A stretch of DNA of 64,000 bases from positions 1 to 64,000 of the forward strand of contig JAXLNO010002078.1 of NCBI GenBank assembly GCA_038087875.1. Reading direction: 5' to 3'. A model generated the notes under the pieces. The model saw only the letters and a program-made list of their open reading frames with translations, was not told the DNA's origin and searched no databases. The translations under genes were made by a program, and so were the position numbers. The DNA is from Malacoraja senta. Taxonomy: Eukaryota. This document shows, piece by piece, positions 36,899-48,014 of the stretch (its first letter is position 1; every line of letters begins with the position of its first letter).

Positions 36899-37569
36899 TG
36901 TTGGAAAGAACACATTATAGTGGCGCCTACTGGCGCACACAGGTATCGAACCCGGCGTTCGGAAGCCGCGGTCACGTGACTCGGGAGGGGCTGCTTGTTT
37001 TCGCGCGGTTTTGCTCTCGCGTGCTAGTTCAGCACTGACCACCGATGTGGCCAGACATGTCCAGAGAACCTGTTTACTGAAAAGTTAATTTTGTTCAGTT
37101 GTCGTTCTTCTAACCGCCAAATTGGTAACCCCGACCTGTTTACCCGTCGTTAGACAAGAGAATTATGCAGGAAGACAACGTTCCCGCAGAATCAGGGCTC
37201 ACCGTCTTTCAAATTGCCAGCGTTTTGGCCTGACCAACCTCGGGTGTGGTTCGCCCACGTTGAGGGACAGTTTCACCTCCATCGCATCGTAGCGGACGAC
37301 ACAATGTATTTCCATGTGGTGGGGGCTTTGCCGCAGGACTGTGCCTCGAGGTTGTTGCCCTACATCAGGGACCCGCCGTCCATCGCCAAATACGAAGGGC
37401 TGACGGCCCTGCTGCTCCACGCTTATGGTCTCAGCCACAGAGACAGGGCAGCGAAGCTGCTGCACATGGACAGTGTCGGCGACCGGCGGCCATCCACCAT
37501 CATGGCGAAGATGTTAGCCCTGATGGACGGGCACCGCCCATGTCTGCTTTTCTGGAGCAGATGCCAGAG
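36899..37569 (+). mobile_element. gag: 5' end of a Ty3/Gypsy (CsRN1-like) LTR retrotransposon: LTR ~36899-37121, PBS 37123-37135, gag start
   Basis: PBS TGGTAACCCCGAC matches the tRNA-Trp PBS (TGGTGACCCCGAC) at 12/13. Gag N-terminus is KLPAFWPDQPRVWFAHVEGQF..GDRRPSTIMAKMLAL; truncated by CR1 at ~37570. LTR limits are inferred, with no second LTR to compare. Confidence 0.82.
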
Positions 37570-39004
37570 GATTGGGAAACTTTCATAGGACAACAGAAGG
37601 AAACAAAACGGGCAATACGGGCTGAAAAGATGAAGTACGAAGGGAAGCTGGCCAGGAATGTAAAGAAGGACAGTAAAAGCTTCTTTAAATATGTTAAGGG
37701 AAAAAGAGTTGCAAAGTCAAATGTGGGTCCCTTGAAGGCAGACACAGGTGAAATTATTATGGGCAACAAGGAAATGGCAGAAGAGTTGAATAAGTACTTC
37801 GGATCTGTCTTCACTAAGGAAGAGACAAACAATCTCCCAGATGTACTGAAGGACAGAGAATCTAAGGGGGTAGAGGAACTGAAAGAATTTTTCATTAGGC
37901 GAGAAATAGTATTGGGTAGGCTAATGGGACTGAAGGATGATAAATCCCCTGGGCCTGATGGTCTGCATCCCAGGGTCCTCAGGGAGGTGGCTCTAGAAAT
38001 AGTGGATGCATTGGTGATCATTTTCCAATGTTTAATAGATTCAGGATCAGTTGCTGTGGATTGGAGGATAGCTAATGTTATCCCACTTTTCAAGAAAGGA
38101 GTGAGAGAGAAAACGGGGAATTACAGACCAATTAGCCTGACTTCGGTGGTGACATTTGGATAGCAGTAAAAGGATTAGTCCAAGTCAACAAGGATTTATG
38201 AAAGGGAAATCATGCTTGACTAATCTTCTGGAGTTTTTTGAGGATGTGACAAGTAAAATGGATGAAGGGGTGCCAGTGGATGTAGTGTATCTAGACTTTC
38301 AGAAAGCCTTTAATAAGGTCCCGCACGAGAGACTGGTGACTCAAATTAGAGCACATGGTGTTGGGGGTAGGGTGTTGACATGGATAGAAAATTAGTTGGC
38401 AGACCGGACGCAAAGAGTAGGAGTGAACGGGTCCTTTTCAGATTAGCAGGCAGTGGCGAGTGGAGTGCCGCAAGGCTCGGTGTTGGGGCCGCAACTGTTT
38501 ACCATATATATTAATGATTTGGAAGAGGGAATTAGGAGCAACACTAGCGAGTTTGCGGATGACACAAAACTGGGTGGCAGTGTGAACTGTGAAGTGGATA
38601 TATATGTGTGGATATATATATATGTGTGTATATATATACACATGGTAAATGGAAGCGAATTGCATGGTAAATGGTAGCGAATTACATGGTAAAAGGTAGC
38701 GTATTGAGGAATGTAGTTGAACATAGGGATCTAGGAATAACTGTGCATAGTTCCCTGAAGGTGGAATCTCATATAGATAGGGTGGTAAAGAAAGCTTTTG
38801 GTGTGCTGACCTTTATAAATCAGAGCATTGAGTATAGAAGTTGGGATGTAATGTTAAAATTGTACAAGGCATTGGTGAGGCCAATTCTGGAGTATGGTGT
38901 ACAATTTTGTTCGCCAAATTATAGGAAAGATGTCAACAAAATAGAGAGAGTATAGAGGAGATTTACTAGAATGTTGCCTGGGTTTCAGCAACTAAGTTAC
39001 AGAG
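37570..39004 (+). mobile_element. CR1 RT fragments: family 3 (~37570-38595) joined through an (AT)/CATGGTAAATGG filler to family 2 (~38680-39004)
   Basis: ORFs 37540..38163, 38156..38395, 38453..38677 and 38671..38955. Confidence 0.88.
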
Positions 39005-40665
39005 AAACATAGAAAATAGGTGCAGGAGTAGGCCATTCGGCCCTTCGAGCCTGCACCGCCATTCAATATTATCATGGCTCAGTATCCAACTCAGTATCCT
39101 GTACCTGCCTTCTCTCCATACCCCCTGATCCCTTTAGCCACAAGGGCCACATCTAACTCCCTCTTAAATATAGCCTATGAACTGGCCTCAACTACCTTCT
39201 GTGGCAGAGAATTCCACAGATTCACCACTCTGTGTGAAAAATGTTTTCTCATCTCGGTCACAAAAGACTTCCCCCTTATCCTTAAACTGTGACCCGTTCT
39301 TCTGGACTTCCCCAACATCGGGAACAATCTTCCTGCATCTAGCCTGTCCAACCCCTTAAGAATTTTGTAAGTTTCTATAAGATCCCCCCTCAATCTTCTA
39401 AATTCTAGCGAGTACAAGCCGAGTCTATCCAGTCTTTCTTCATATCAAAGTCCTGCCATCCCAGGAATCAGGCTGGTGAACCTTCTCTGTACTCCCTCTT
39501 TGGCAAGAATGTCTTTCCTCAGATTAGGCGACCAAAACTGTACGCAATACTCCAGGTGTGGTCTCACCAAGACCCTGTACAACTGCAGTAGAACCTCCCT
39601 GCTCTTATACTCAAATTATTTTGCTATGAATGCTAACATACCATTTGCTTTCTTCACTGCCTGCTGCACCTGCATACCTACTTTCAATGACTGGTGTACC
39701 ATGACACCGAGGTCTCGTTGCATCTCCCCTTTTCCTAATCGGCCACCATTCAGATAATAGTCTACTTTCCTGTTTTGGCCACTAAAGTGGATAACCTCAC
39801 ATTTATCCACATTATACTGCATCTGCCATGCATTTGCCCACTCACCCAACCTATCCAATTCACCTTTCAGCCTCCTAGCATCCTCCTCACAGCTAACACT
39901 GCCCCCCAGCTTCGTGTCATCCGCAAACTTGGAGATGTTGCATTCAATTCCCTCATCCAGATCATTAATATATATTGTAAATAGCTGGGGTCCCAGCACA
40001 CAGCACCTCACTAGTCACTGAAGAAGGGTTTCGGCCCGAAACGTTACCTATTTCCATCGCTCCATAGATGCTGCTGCACCCGCTGAGTTTCTCCAGCATT
40101 TTTGTGTACCTCACTAGTCACTGCCTGCCATTCTGAAAAGGACCCGTTTCCTCCTACTCTTTGCTTCCTGTCTGCCAGCCAGTTCTCTATCCACATCAAT
40201 ACTGAACACCCAATACCGTGTGCTTTAAGTTAGCATACTAATCTCTTATGTGGAACCTTGTCGAAAGCCTTCTGAAAGTCCAGATATAACACATCCACTG
40301 GTTCTCCCTGATCCACTCTACTAGTTGCATCCTCGAAAAATTCTATAAGATTCGTCAGACATGATTTACCTTTCATAAATCCATGCTGACTTTGTCCAAT
40401 GATTTCACCACTTTTCAAATGTGCTGCTATCCCATCTTTAATAACTGACTCTAGCAGTTTCCCCACTAACTGGTCTGTAATTCCCCGTTTTCTCTCTCCC
40501 TCCCTTTTTAAAAAGTGGGGTTACATTAGCTACCCTCCAATCCTCAGGAACTACTCCAGAATCTAAAGAGTTTTGAAAAATTATCACTAATGCATCCACT
40601 ATTTCTGGGGCTACTTCCTTAAGTACTCTGGGATGCAGCCTATCTGGCCCTGGGGATTTATCGGC
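39005..40665 (-). mobile_element. 5'-truncated CR1 (family 1)
   Basis: ORFs 40438..40683, 40230..40466, 39616..40011 (FADD) and 39175..39417; tail at ~39005. Confidence 0.9.
40018..40107 (+). mobile_element. Short hammerhead-core element with 16-bp TSD
   Basis: ACCTCACTAGTCACTG is duplicated (40005-40020 / 40108-40123). Core is CTGAAGA-A-GGGTTTCGGCCC-GAAACGTT. Confidence 0.85.
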
Positions 40666-41900
40666 CTCTCCTCCCCTCTCCATCCTTACTTCTCCTCTCC
40701 TTTACATACCTCTCCTCTTTCCCATCCTCCCTTCACCTCTCCACACATCCTCTCCTCCCCTCCCCTCTCGTCTCTTCTAAACTCCCCTCATCCACTCTCC
40801 TCTTCCCTCCCATCTCCCCTCCTCTCTCCTTCCATCATCCCCTCCTCTCCTCTCCACACCACCTCTCTTCTCCCCTCCACTCCTCACATCTCCCCTCTTC
40901 ACTCTCCTCTCACCTCCACTACCCTCCTCCCCTCCATTCTCCCCTCCTCGCCTACATTCTCCCCTACTCTCCTCTCCTCTACCCCTACACTCCCTCTCCC
41001 TGTCGCCTCTCTCCCCCTCTCCTGCCATTCTCTCCTCTCCTCTACCCTCTCCTCTACCCTGTCCTCTCTTCTACCCTCTCCTCCCCCTCCCCCCCCCATC
41101 TTCTCTCCTCCCTCTTCTCTCCTCTCCCTCCTACCTTCTACTCTCCTCCTTTCTCTTCTCCCCTCTCCCCCCTTCTCCTCCTCTCTCCTCTCCCCTACTC
41201 TGCCTTCCTCACCTCCCTTCTCTCCTCTCACCCCACCCCCCTCCACTCCTATACTTTCCACTCTTCTATCCCCTCCCCTACTCTTCACCCCCTCCTCTCA
41301 ACTCTCCTCCCCTCCCCATCCTTATTTCTCCTCTCCTTTACTTTCCTCTTCTCTCTCCCCTCCCCTCCTCTGCCCTCTTCACTCCTCCCCTCACCCCTTC
41401 TCCCCTCTCTGCTTCTCTCTCCCCCTCCCTTCAAATCCAGCACCAAAGATAATATAGTGGAGGTGAGAGATTGTTCTCTACTCTCCTCTTCCCTCTCTCT
41501 CCTCTCCTGCCCTCCCCTCTCCCCTCGTCCCCACATCTCCTCTCTTTTCTTCCCCTCTCCTCCCCTGCTCTCTGCTACCTCCCTCTCTCCTCTCCTTTCT
41601 CCCCCTCTCCCCTCTCCTCACCTCTCCTCTTGCCCCTCCCCTCCCCTCCCCTCTGCTCTTCTCTCCCCTCCCCTCTCCTCTCTCCTCCTACCCGCTCCTC
41701 TACACCCCTTCTCCCCTTATCTCTCATCCCCTCTCTCTCCCCTCAAAACCAGCACCAAAAATAATTGCAATATGGACTAGGTGAGAGATTGTCTCCTCTG
41801 CTCTCCCCTCTCTTCACCCTTCCCCTCTCCTCTCCCTCCCCTTCACTCCCCTCTTCCCTCCCCTGCATTCCTCTCCTCTTCTCTCCTCTTTTTCTTTCCT
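40666..41900. repeat. ~1.2-kb polypyrimidine/polypurine (CT-rich) low-complexity tract
   Basis: Plus strand is almost entirely C/T, punctuated by a ~45-bp non-CT motif at 41432-41474 and 41744-41792. Confidence 0.95.
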
Positions 41901-41904
41901 TTTC

Positions 41905-42475
41905 AAAAACTTTATTAAGCACAAACACATGATACATCAAAAACACAATCAGAAGTTACAATGTATCAAATGATCATTATAGTACAATGATGCATTCATT
42001 ATTTACGATACTCTCAACCCCATGTGGTGACCAGCGCCCACGGAAGGCATCCAGAGTCCCCAAGGACACCACGTGTTCCCTCTCCAGGGACCCGCGAGCA
42101 CGTATGTAGGCCCGGAAGAGGGGTAGACAGCCGACTCTAGCATGACCATCGACCGCCCACTGCCTGGACCCACGAATAGCCATCTTGGCCAGGCCCAGGA
42201 GCAAACCGACAGGGAGGTCCCACCCCCCGATCGGCTCTCCTCACTCCCTGCCGTGTCCAAACACTAGAATCATGGGACTAAAATGCAACCAGAACTTGAG
42301 GAACAACCCCTTCAGATATTGGTGCAGGGGCAGTAACCTCTCACACTCCATATACGCGTGGAACACGGTTTCCTCCTCACCACAGAAAATACAGGCGGCC
42401 GACGAGCCCGTGATCCGACTCAAAAGTTCATTACACGCCACCACACTCTCCATCCCAGGTCCCCAATGTAAAGGG
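41905..42475 (-). mobile_element. 5'-truncated Tx1-type L1-clade element (ORF2 C-terminus)
   Basis: ORF 42241..42453 has CIFCGEEETVFHAYMEC; ORF 41977..42204 has LLGLAKMAI..RARGSLERE..FRGRW; AATAAA and a purine tail follow. Confidence 0.8.
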
Positions 42476-42560
42476 GCTCCCCTCTCCTCCCTGCTTCTCT
42501 CTCTCCTCTCCCATCAAATCCAGCACCAAAGATAATTGTGATATAGTGGAGGTGAGAATA

Positions 42561-43213
42561 TTATGACTGCTTCCTACGCAGTTGAAGACTTTGATCTCCG
42601 GGCTCTGATAGTTTCAATTCTGACACAAACGTTATCACCCTCCACAATAAGTGTTTGAAAGCAAAATCAGCTCATGTGGCTCAAGTGACTGAGTGTGTAA
42701 ACAGTGCACACACGAGAGTGAGCTGAGTGGAACTAGACTCATGATGCTGCTTCAGAGGACAAGTGGCAGTGCAGGTCAGTCAGCGGCAATGAATGAATGA
42801 ATCATTCTCTTCCTCCCCCAATGATTCTGAAGTGAAACGGGAAAATACATCTAATGCAGAATTTCATCCCAATCTGCAGCAGGAGGGGGACCTTGATACT
42901 TCTAACCATTTATGATTTGCTCTGCTGTCGCTGGAGAGTCAGCCACTAATTTATTTCAGATAGTTTCTATCAATTACTGAAACGCCTCAAAGTCTTCACT
43001 GGAGCACAGTCAAACTAAACTGACACTAGTCTGGAGCCATTTTGCTACAGGTATGTAGTTGCGTACTGGCCAGAACAGATATGACACATTCCCTTCCGTG
43101 AAGTGCAGCAGTGAACTATCGACATGCGTCACCACCAACGGAAGCGTTTTACGTCAGAATGCATTTATTAATAAAATTGAAATTCCCAGATCACGGGTTG
43201 GAATTTTGAGCTC
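42561..43213 (-). repeat. Right arm of ~655-bp inverted duplication
   Basis: Reverse complement of 35194-35850; both outer ends stop at GAGCTC. Confidence 0.92.
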
Positions 43214-43858
43214 ATGTCGATGCGAGGGATGAATCTGCTGAGTCTGCTTTGGTGCTTGTGAGCAACACTGCAACGTGACACAGCAAGTGGTACAAAGGTG
43301 AAAGGAGTGCAGGCTTATGTGCCCAGAGTTGGAAGAATGACACCTTTACAGAAGGTTGTGTTTGTGGTAAAGGTTTCAGAGATGGTGAGACACATGGTCA
43401 GAGTAAGACTGCGATATCAGCATGTGACATTCTTAAACCGAGGGAATCCCAGGCTTGGCCTACAAGGAGAAAAGTAGCGTTTCTCATTCATGTTGCTCAG
43501 TATTACTAATCGATGCTGCAGGGGTTCCAAGCAAAGCACATATCAAATTGTGCCCCTGTAATGTACCAGCTGATCATGGTGATGGGAAAGAGAGTCAAAT
43601 CCCAGTTGACGGCTCCTTTGTTCTGGGTTTTTTTCAGTCAAAGCACCCAACCTGCTATTTAACACAAGTTTTTCTGCTATTCTGTTTTCAATAATCTAGC
43701 CAGTGTATAGTTTGATCTGCCATTGGTCAGTCTTTTGCAATAAATCTAGCCAGTGTATAGTTTGATCTGCCATTGATCAGTCTTTTATGTGATGACATAA
43801 ACATCTTAAAGTTCTTTTATAAGACACCTGTTTGGATTTCTACCCTGGCTTTCCATAA

Positions 43859-44535
43859 AGAGCCTGTCCCAATTCCGCAATTTTGATACAATGATACAAT
43901 TTATTTGTTGTCATTTGAACCTAAGTTCAAACGAAATTTGGTTTCTGCAGTCATGCAAACAAGTACAAAGAACCAAGACACAACACAATTTACACACAAA
44001 CATCCATCACAGTGAATCTCCTCCTCACTGTGATGGAAGGCAAAGTCTTGTCTCTCCCCTGCTCTCCTCATTCTCCTCCCGATGTCAAAGTCAAAGCCCC
44101 CAGCGGGCGATGGTAAGTCCCGCGGCCATTAAAGCCGCGCCGGGCGATGCAAGGCCGCGCTCCGGGTCTTGATGTTGGAGCCCTTGGCGGGCGCTAGCAA
44201 GTCCCCGCAACTCGGGCGGGAGAAGTTGCCGTTGCGGGAGCTCCGAAATTTTTTTCTGCAACTACCGGCACCCGTCATAGTCGGGTAAAATTTTCAACAT
44301 GTTGAAAATCCAACGGTGACCAGAAGACTCTACGACTCTTTGGGAGACTGAGGAGACTACTCATGACCATACTGGCGACATGTCGCGGGGTGAAGCCTGT
44401 ATGGTCGTGAGTAGTTGCCAAAAGAGTCGTACCTTGTTCTGGATTTTCAACATGTTGAACATTTTCGGCCACCTGTAACGACCAATGACGGGTGCTGGCA
44501 GTCGCTGAAAAAGTTGCGTAAGTGGGACAGGCCCT
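43859..44535. mobile_element. Harbinger-like MITE with a nested SINE/LINE-tail-like repeat (~43885-44245)
   Basis: TIRs AGAGCCTGTCCCAATT / AAGTGGGACAGGCCCT; flanks TAA / TGA (TWA-type TSD, 1 mismatch). Confidence 0.65.
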
Positions 44536-44577
44536 TGAGGAAGAGGGTCTCACATCTACTTTGCTCCTCTGTTCCAG

Positions 44578-44895
44578 TTGAAACAAAAAGACTCAAGGTC
44601 AGCCTGCTGCCTCCAGCTCATCAAGAGACCACGCGTAGCCACACAGCCACCCTCGAATGTGTGCTCTCTGGTTTCTACCCGGACCTCATAAACGTCACTT
44701 GGGAGAAAGACGGAGCCCCGATCTCCTCCACCACCAACGCTACACCGACTGCTCTGGAGCAGGGGGGGACTTTCAGTGCTTGCCACTTCCTGACTGTGAG
44801 TTCAGAGGATTGGAAGAAAGGCTCAGTCTTCGGCTGTACAGTGTCTCATCCCCCCTCGAACACCAGTATCAGTCGGGAAGTGAAAAGCTTTCAAG
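44578..44895 (+). CDS. Immunoglobulin heavy-chain constant (C1-set) exon, IgNAR C3 / IgW-type
   Basis: Acceptor CTTTGCTCCTCTGTTCCAG|TT and donor CAAG|GTACGG; 318 bp, phase 1-1, open frame. ATLECVLSGFYPD.INVTWEKDG..PTALEQGGTFS..EDWKKGSVFGCTVSHPPS has both Cys and Trp. PTALEQ and SHPPS recall nurse-shark IgNAR C3 (from memory); isotype unresolved. Confidence 0.9.
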
Positions 44896-45039
44896 GTACG
44901 GTGCTGGGATTCACTTTAATGAACACATCTTTTACCCCGTCACAAAATAGGGCCAAGCAAGTTTAGCACTGAAGGACAGGTGTTGCAGTGTGTGAGTGAG
45001 TGAGTGATAACCAAGAGGCCTAGACTAGGGTCAAGAAGA

Positions 45040-45520
45040 GTGAAGAGTGTTTTATTGTCATATGCCCCAGACAGGACAATGCATTTCATGCTTGCTGCAG
45101 CACAACAGAATATGTGAATATGTAAACATAGTACATAACGGGGGAAGAGAAAAATAGAAAAAGATCAATAAATAACAAATAGTGCAAAGAACAAATAATA
45201 ATATAATCTTTTGCAGTTCAGAGCTCAGAGCTTATTCGTTGTGTTTAATAGCCTGATGGCTGCAGGGAAGTAGCTGTTCCTGTACCTGGACGTTACAGTT
45301 TTCAGGCTCCTGTAACTGCTTCCTGATGGCAATGGTGAGATGAGTGTGTGGCCAGGATGGTGTGGGTCTTTGATGATTTTGGCTGCCTTTTTGAGGCAGC
45401 GACTACGATAGATCCCTTCGACGGTCAAAGCCAGCGATGAACTGGGCAGTAGTCACAACTTTTGTAGTCTTTTTCGCTCCTGGACGTTCAAGTTGCCGAA
45501 CCAGGCCACGATGCAACCAG
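45040..45520 (-). mobile_element. Rex1/Babar-type LINE 3' fragment
   Basis: ORF 45225..45428: GIYRSRCLKKAAKIIKDPHHPGH..SYFPAAIRLLN. Confidence 0.8.
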
Positions 45521-46224
45521 AACTAGGGCACAATGCTAAATATCTCTGTACTTTTACATCTTCAGTTTATTCCAAAACTGCTCAGTAGCCAGGACACTGA
45601 GAAGACCAAGCCTGCTGTTCTTCAAAATTAGTGTCACAGGGTCAGTCCACTCATTGTTGTCGGCCCTCTGTGTGTGGCATCTCAGTCTAGTTGGCTTGCT
45701 GCTAATTTGAAGAGTGGAGTTGAGTATTTGTGCTTGTACAATTGTTTGTCGACACTGGAAAAGTGGTCCATCAGAAAGTCCATTGAGTGGATGGAGCTGG
45801 GTACAAGCGTGTTGGCATTGGAGTGATCATGGAGTCATAGATTTATACAGGACGGTAACAGGCCCTTCGGCTCAGCTTGCCTTTGCCAACCAAGTGCCCG
45901 ATCTACACTAGTCCCGTCTCCCCGTGTTTGGCCTAAATCACTGATCATCTCATGTTCATGTGATAGGAGCAGAATTAGGCCATTCAGCCCATCAAGTCTA
46001 CTCTGCCATTCAATCTTGTGATATTGTGCCGATAGTAACAAGACCAGGCTGTGGTTAGTTGAGCAGTTGCTACTCTTGAGGAAAGGGAATGTCTCTCCAG
46101 AAAGTCACTGCTATGCAGTGTCTTGTGCAGACTGGTGTTCCAGGGTTCACATTACTCAGCCAGGGAGAGAATGTCAACTGAGAATGAAAATGGATTCCAG
46201 ACCAAATTCATATCAAACGTCATT

Positions 46225-46715
46225 TTTTGGTTAAACATAACTGGTTGCATCATGGCTTGGTTCGGCAACTTGAACGTCCAGGAGCGGAAAAGAATGCAGA
46301 AAGTTGTGACCACTGCCCAGTCCATCATCGACTCTGACCTCCCTACCATCGAAGGGATCTATCGCAGTCGCTGCCTCAAAAAGGCTGCCAGCATCATCAA
46401 AGATCCACACCATCCTGGCCACTCACTCATCTCTCCGTTGCCATCAGGAAGAAGATACAGGAGCTTGAAATCTGGAACATCGAGGTTCAGGAACAGCTAC
46501 TTCCCCACAGCCATCAAACAAACTCTGAACAATAACAGCCTATTGCACTTTATCTGTTTATTTATTGTGTATATTATGTATATATATATGGTCTATAGAC
46601 ACACTGAACTTTTATCTCCTGTTCTGTATTATGTTTACATATTCTGTTGTGCTGCAGCAAGCAAGAATTTCATTGTCCTATCTGGGACACATGACAATAA
46701 AACTCTCTGGACTCT
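46225..46715 (+). mobile_element. Rex1/Babar-type LINE 3' fragment, same family as 45040-45520, opposite orientation
   Basis: CIMAWFGNL..RCLKKAASIIKDPHHPGH; tail GGGACACATGACAATAAAAC mirrors 45045-45075. Confidence 0.8.
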
Positions 46716-47849
46716 TGAAATATCAATTACCAAAGTTTCAGAGAACTTGCAGTTACTATGATAACATCTTTGTGTCAGGTCTGATCCTGCATGAAACCTG
46801 CAGAGACCCCACAAGAGGCTACATGTGTGTTTGTGTCAATGTAACCTATCAATGTTCAATAAAGAATATACATGTAGTGTTGGTGTTGGTGTTCCCTGTT
46901 GGTGCGTTTTGGGAGGTGTTGCCAAGTTGGTGGGGAACAGGTGACCTGGATCTAAGATTGCACATTGTCTTTCTACAGATTATGTAAATAGACATGTATT
47001 AGTCTCCTCCGTCCAAAGAATAGAACATTCTGAAGGAGGGTCTCGACCCAAAATGTCACCCATTCCTTCTATCCAGAGATGCTGCATGTCCTACAGAGTT
47101 TTGTGTCTATCTTTGGTGTAAACCAGCATCTGCAGTTCCCACACATTCGTGATGAACCTTTCTGGTCTTTAAAATATTCAAAGCTAATGAACAGGGAAAG
47201 GAGTTTTGATCATCTTTGTGAATGCATTTGATAAACTCATTCAGAAAGTGGAAAGTTACAGAAGGAAGGGCCAGTGATGAGCTTTGCCTGTGGCAACGTG
47301 TTCAGGGCTGAAGCTATTCACTATATTTATTGATAGTTGAGATGTCGGATAGAAAGCCACACGACCAAGTTTGCCGCTCACACAAGGCAAGCAGAAGTGT
47401 CAACAGAGCATCTGGATGGTATCCTTGCTGAGATAAGGATAAATGAAGTGAATGGGCAAATCTGTGGCAAGAACCAGCTCTTTAAATGTGTGTGGACCAC
47501 ACCCAAATACACAATAGACAATGGGTGCAGGAGTAGGCCATATGGCCCTTCGATCCAGCACCGCCATTCAATGTGATCATGGCTGATCATCCCCAATCAG
47601 TACCCTGTTCCTGCCTTCTCCCCATATCCCCTGACTCTGCTATCTTTAAGAGCCCTGTCTAGCTCTCTCTTGAAAGTGTCCAGAGAACCAGCCTCGACCG
47701 CCCTCTGAGGCAGAGAAGTCCACACTCACAACACTCTGTGAAAAAGTGTTTCCTTGTCTCCGTTCTAAATGGAGGGGGGGAGACGGGGAGGGGGGAGGGG
47801 GGAGGGAGGGGAGGGAGACGGGGGGAGGGGGGAGGGAGGGAAGTCAACA

Positions 47850-48014
47850 TTACCACAAGTCGCGTTTGGCATCAGCAAATGGCGGCCGTGACGTGACAAC
47901 GTGACTACGTCAGTCGATTGGTCCATCTTTCCCCTCTAGTAACTTTGGGCAGGATCGACTACATTTCCCGGCGCGCTTTGCGGCACAGCGGCCATCTACA
48001 GTGGAAGCGGGAAG
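47850..48014 (+). promoter_or_regulatory. CpG-island, TATA-less housekeeping-type promoter
   Basis: YY1-like CAAATGGCGGCC (47876) and GCGGCCATCT (47988), CRE-like GTGACGTG and TGACTACGTCA, reverse CCAAT (47916), ACTACATTTCCC (ZNF143/THAP11-type, 47958-47969) and GCGGGAAG, all in ~165 bp of CpG-rich non-repeat DNA. Confidence 0.75.

Noticed and set aside
40666-41900. Class-switch-region analogue upstream of the Ig exon
   Set aside because: The sense strand is C-rich rather than G-rich and lacks repeated AGCT/WGCW motifs.
40633-41946. Long Ser/Pro/Leu and Arg/Gly/Glu ORFs
   Set aside because: Low-complexity CT/GA tract that lacks stop codons by composition.
41432-42557. Repeat-spacer-like pattern suggesting CRISPR
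   Set aside because: Eukaryotic context, only three degenerate copies, spacers are low-complexity or TE DNA of very unequal length, and no cas genes.
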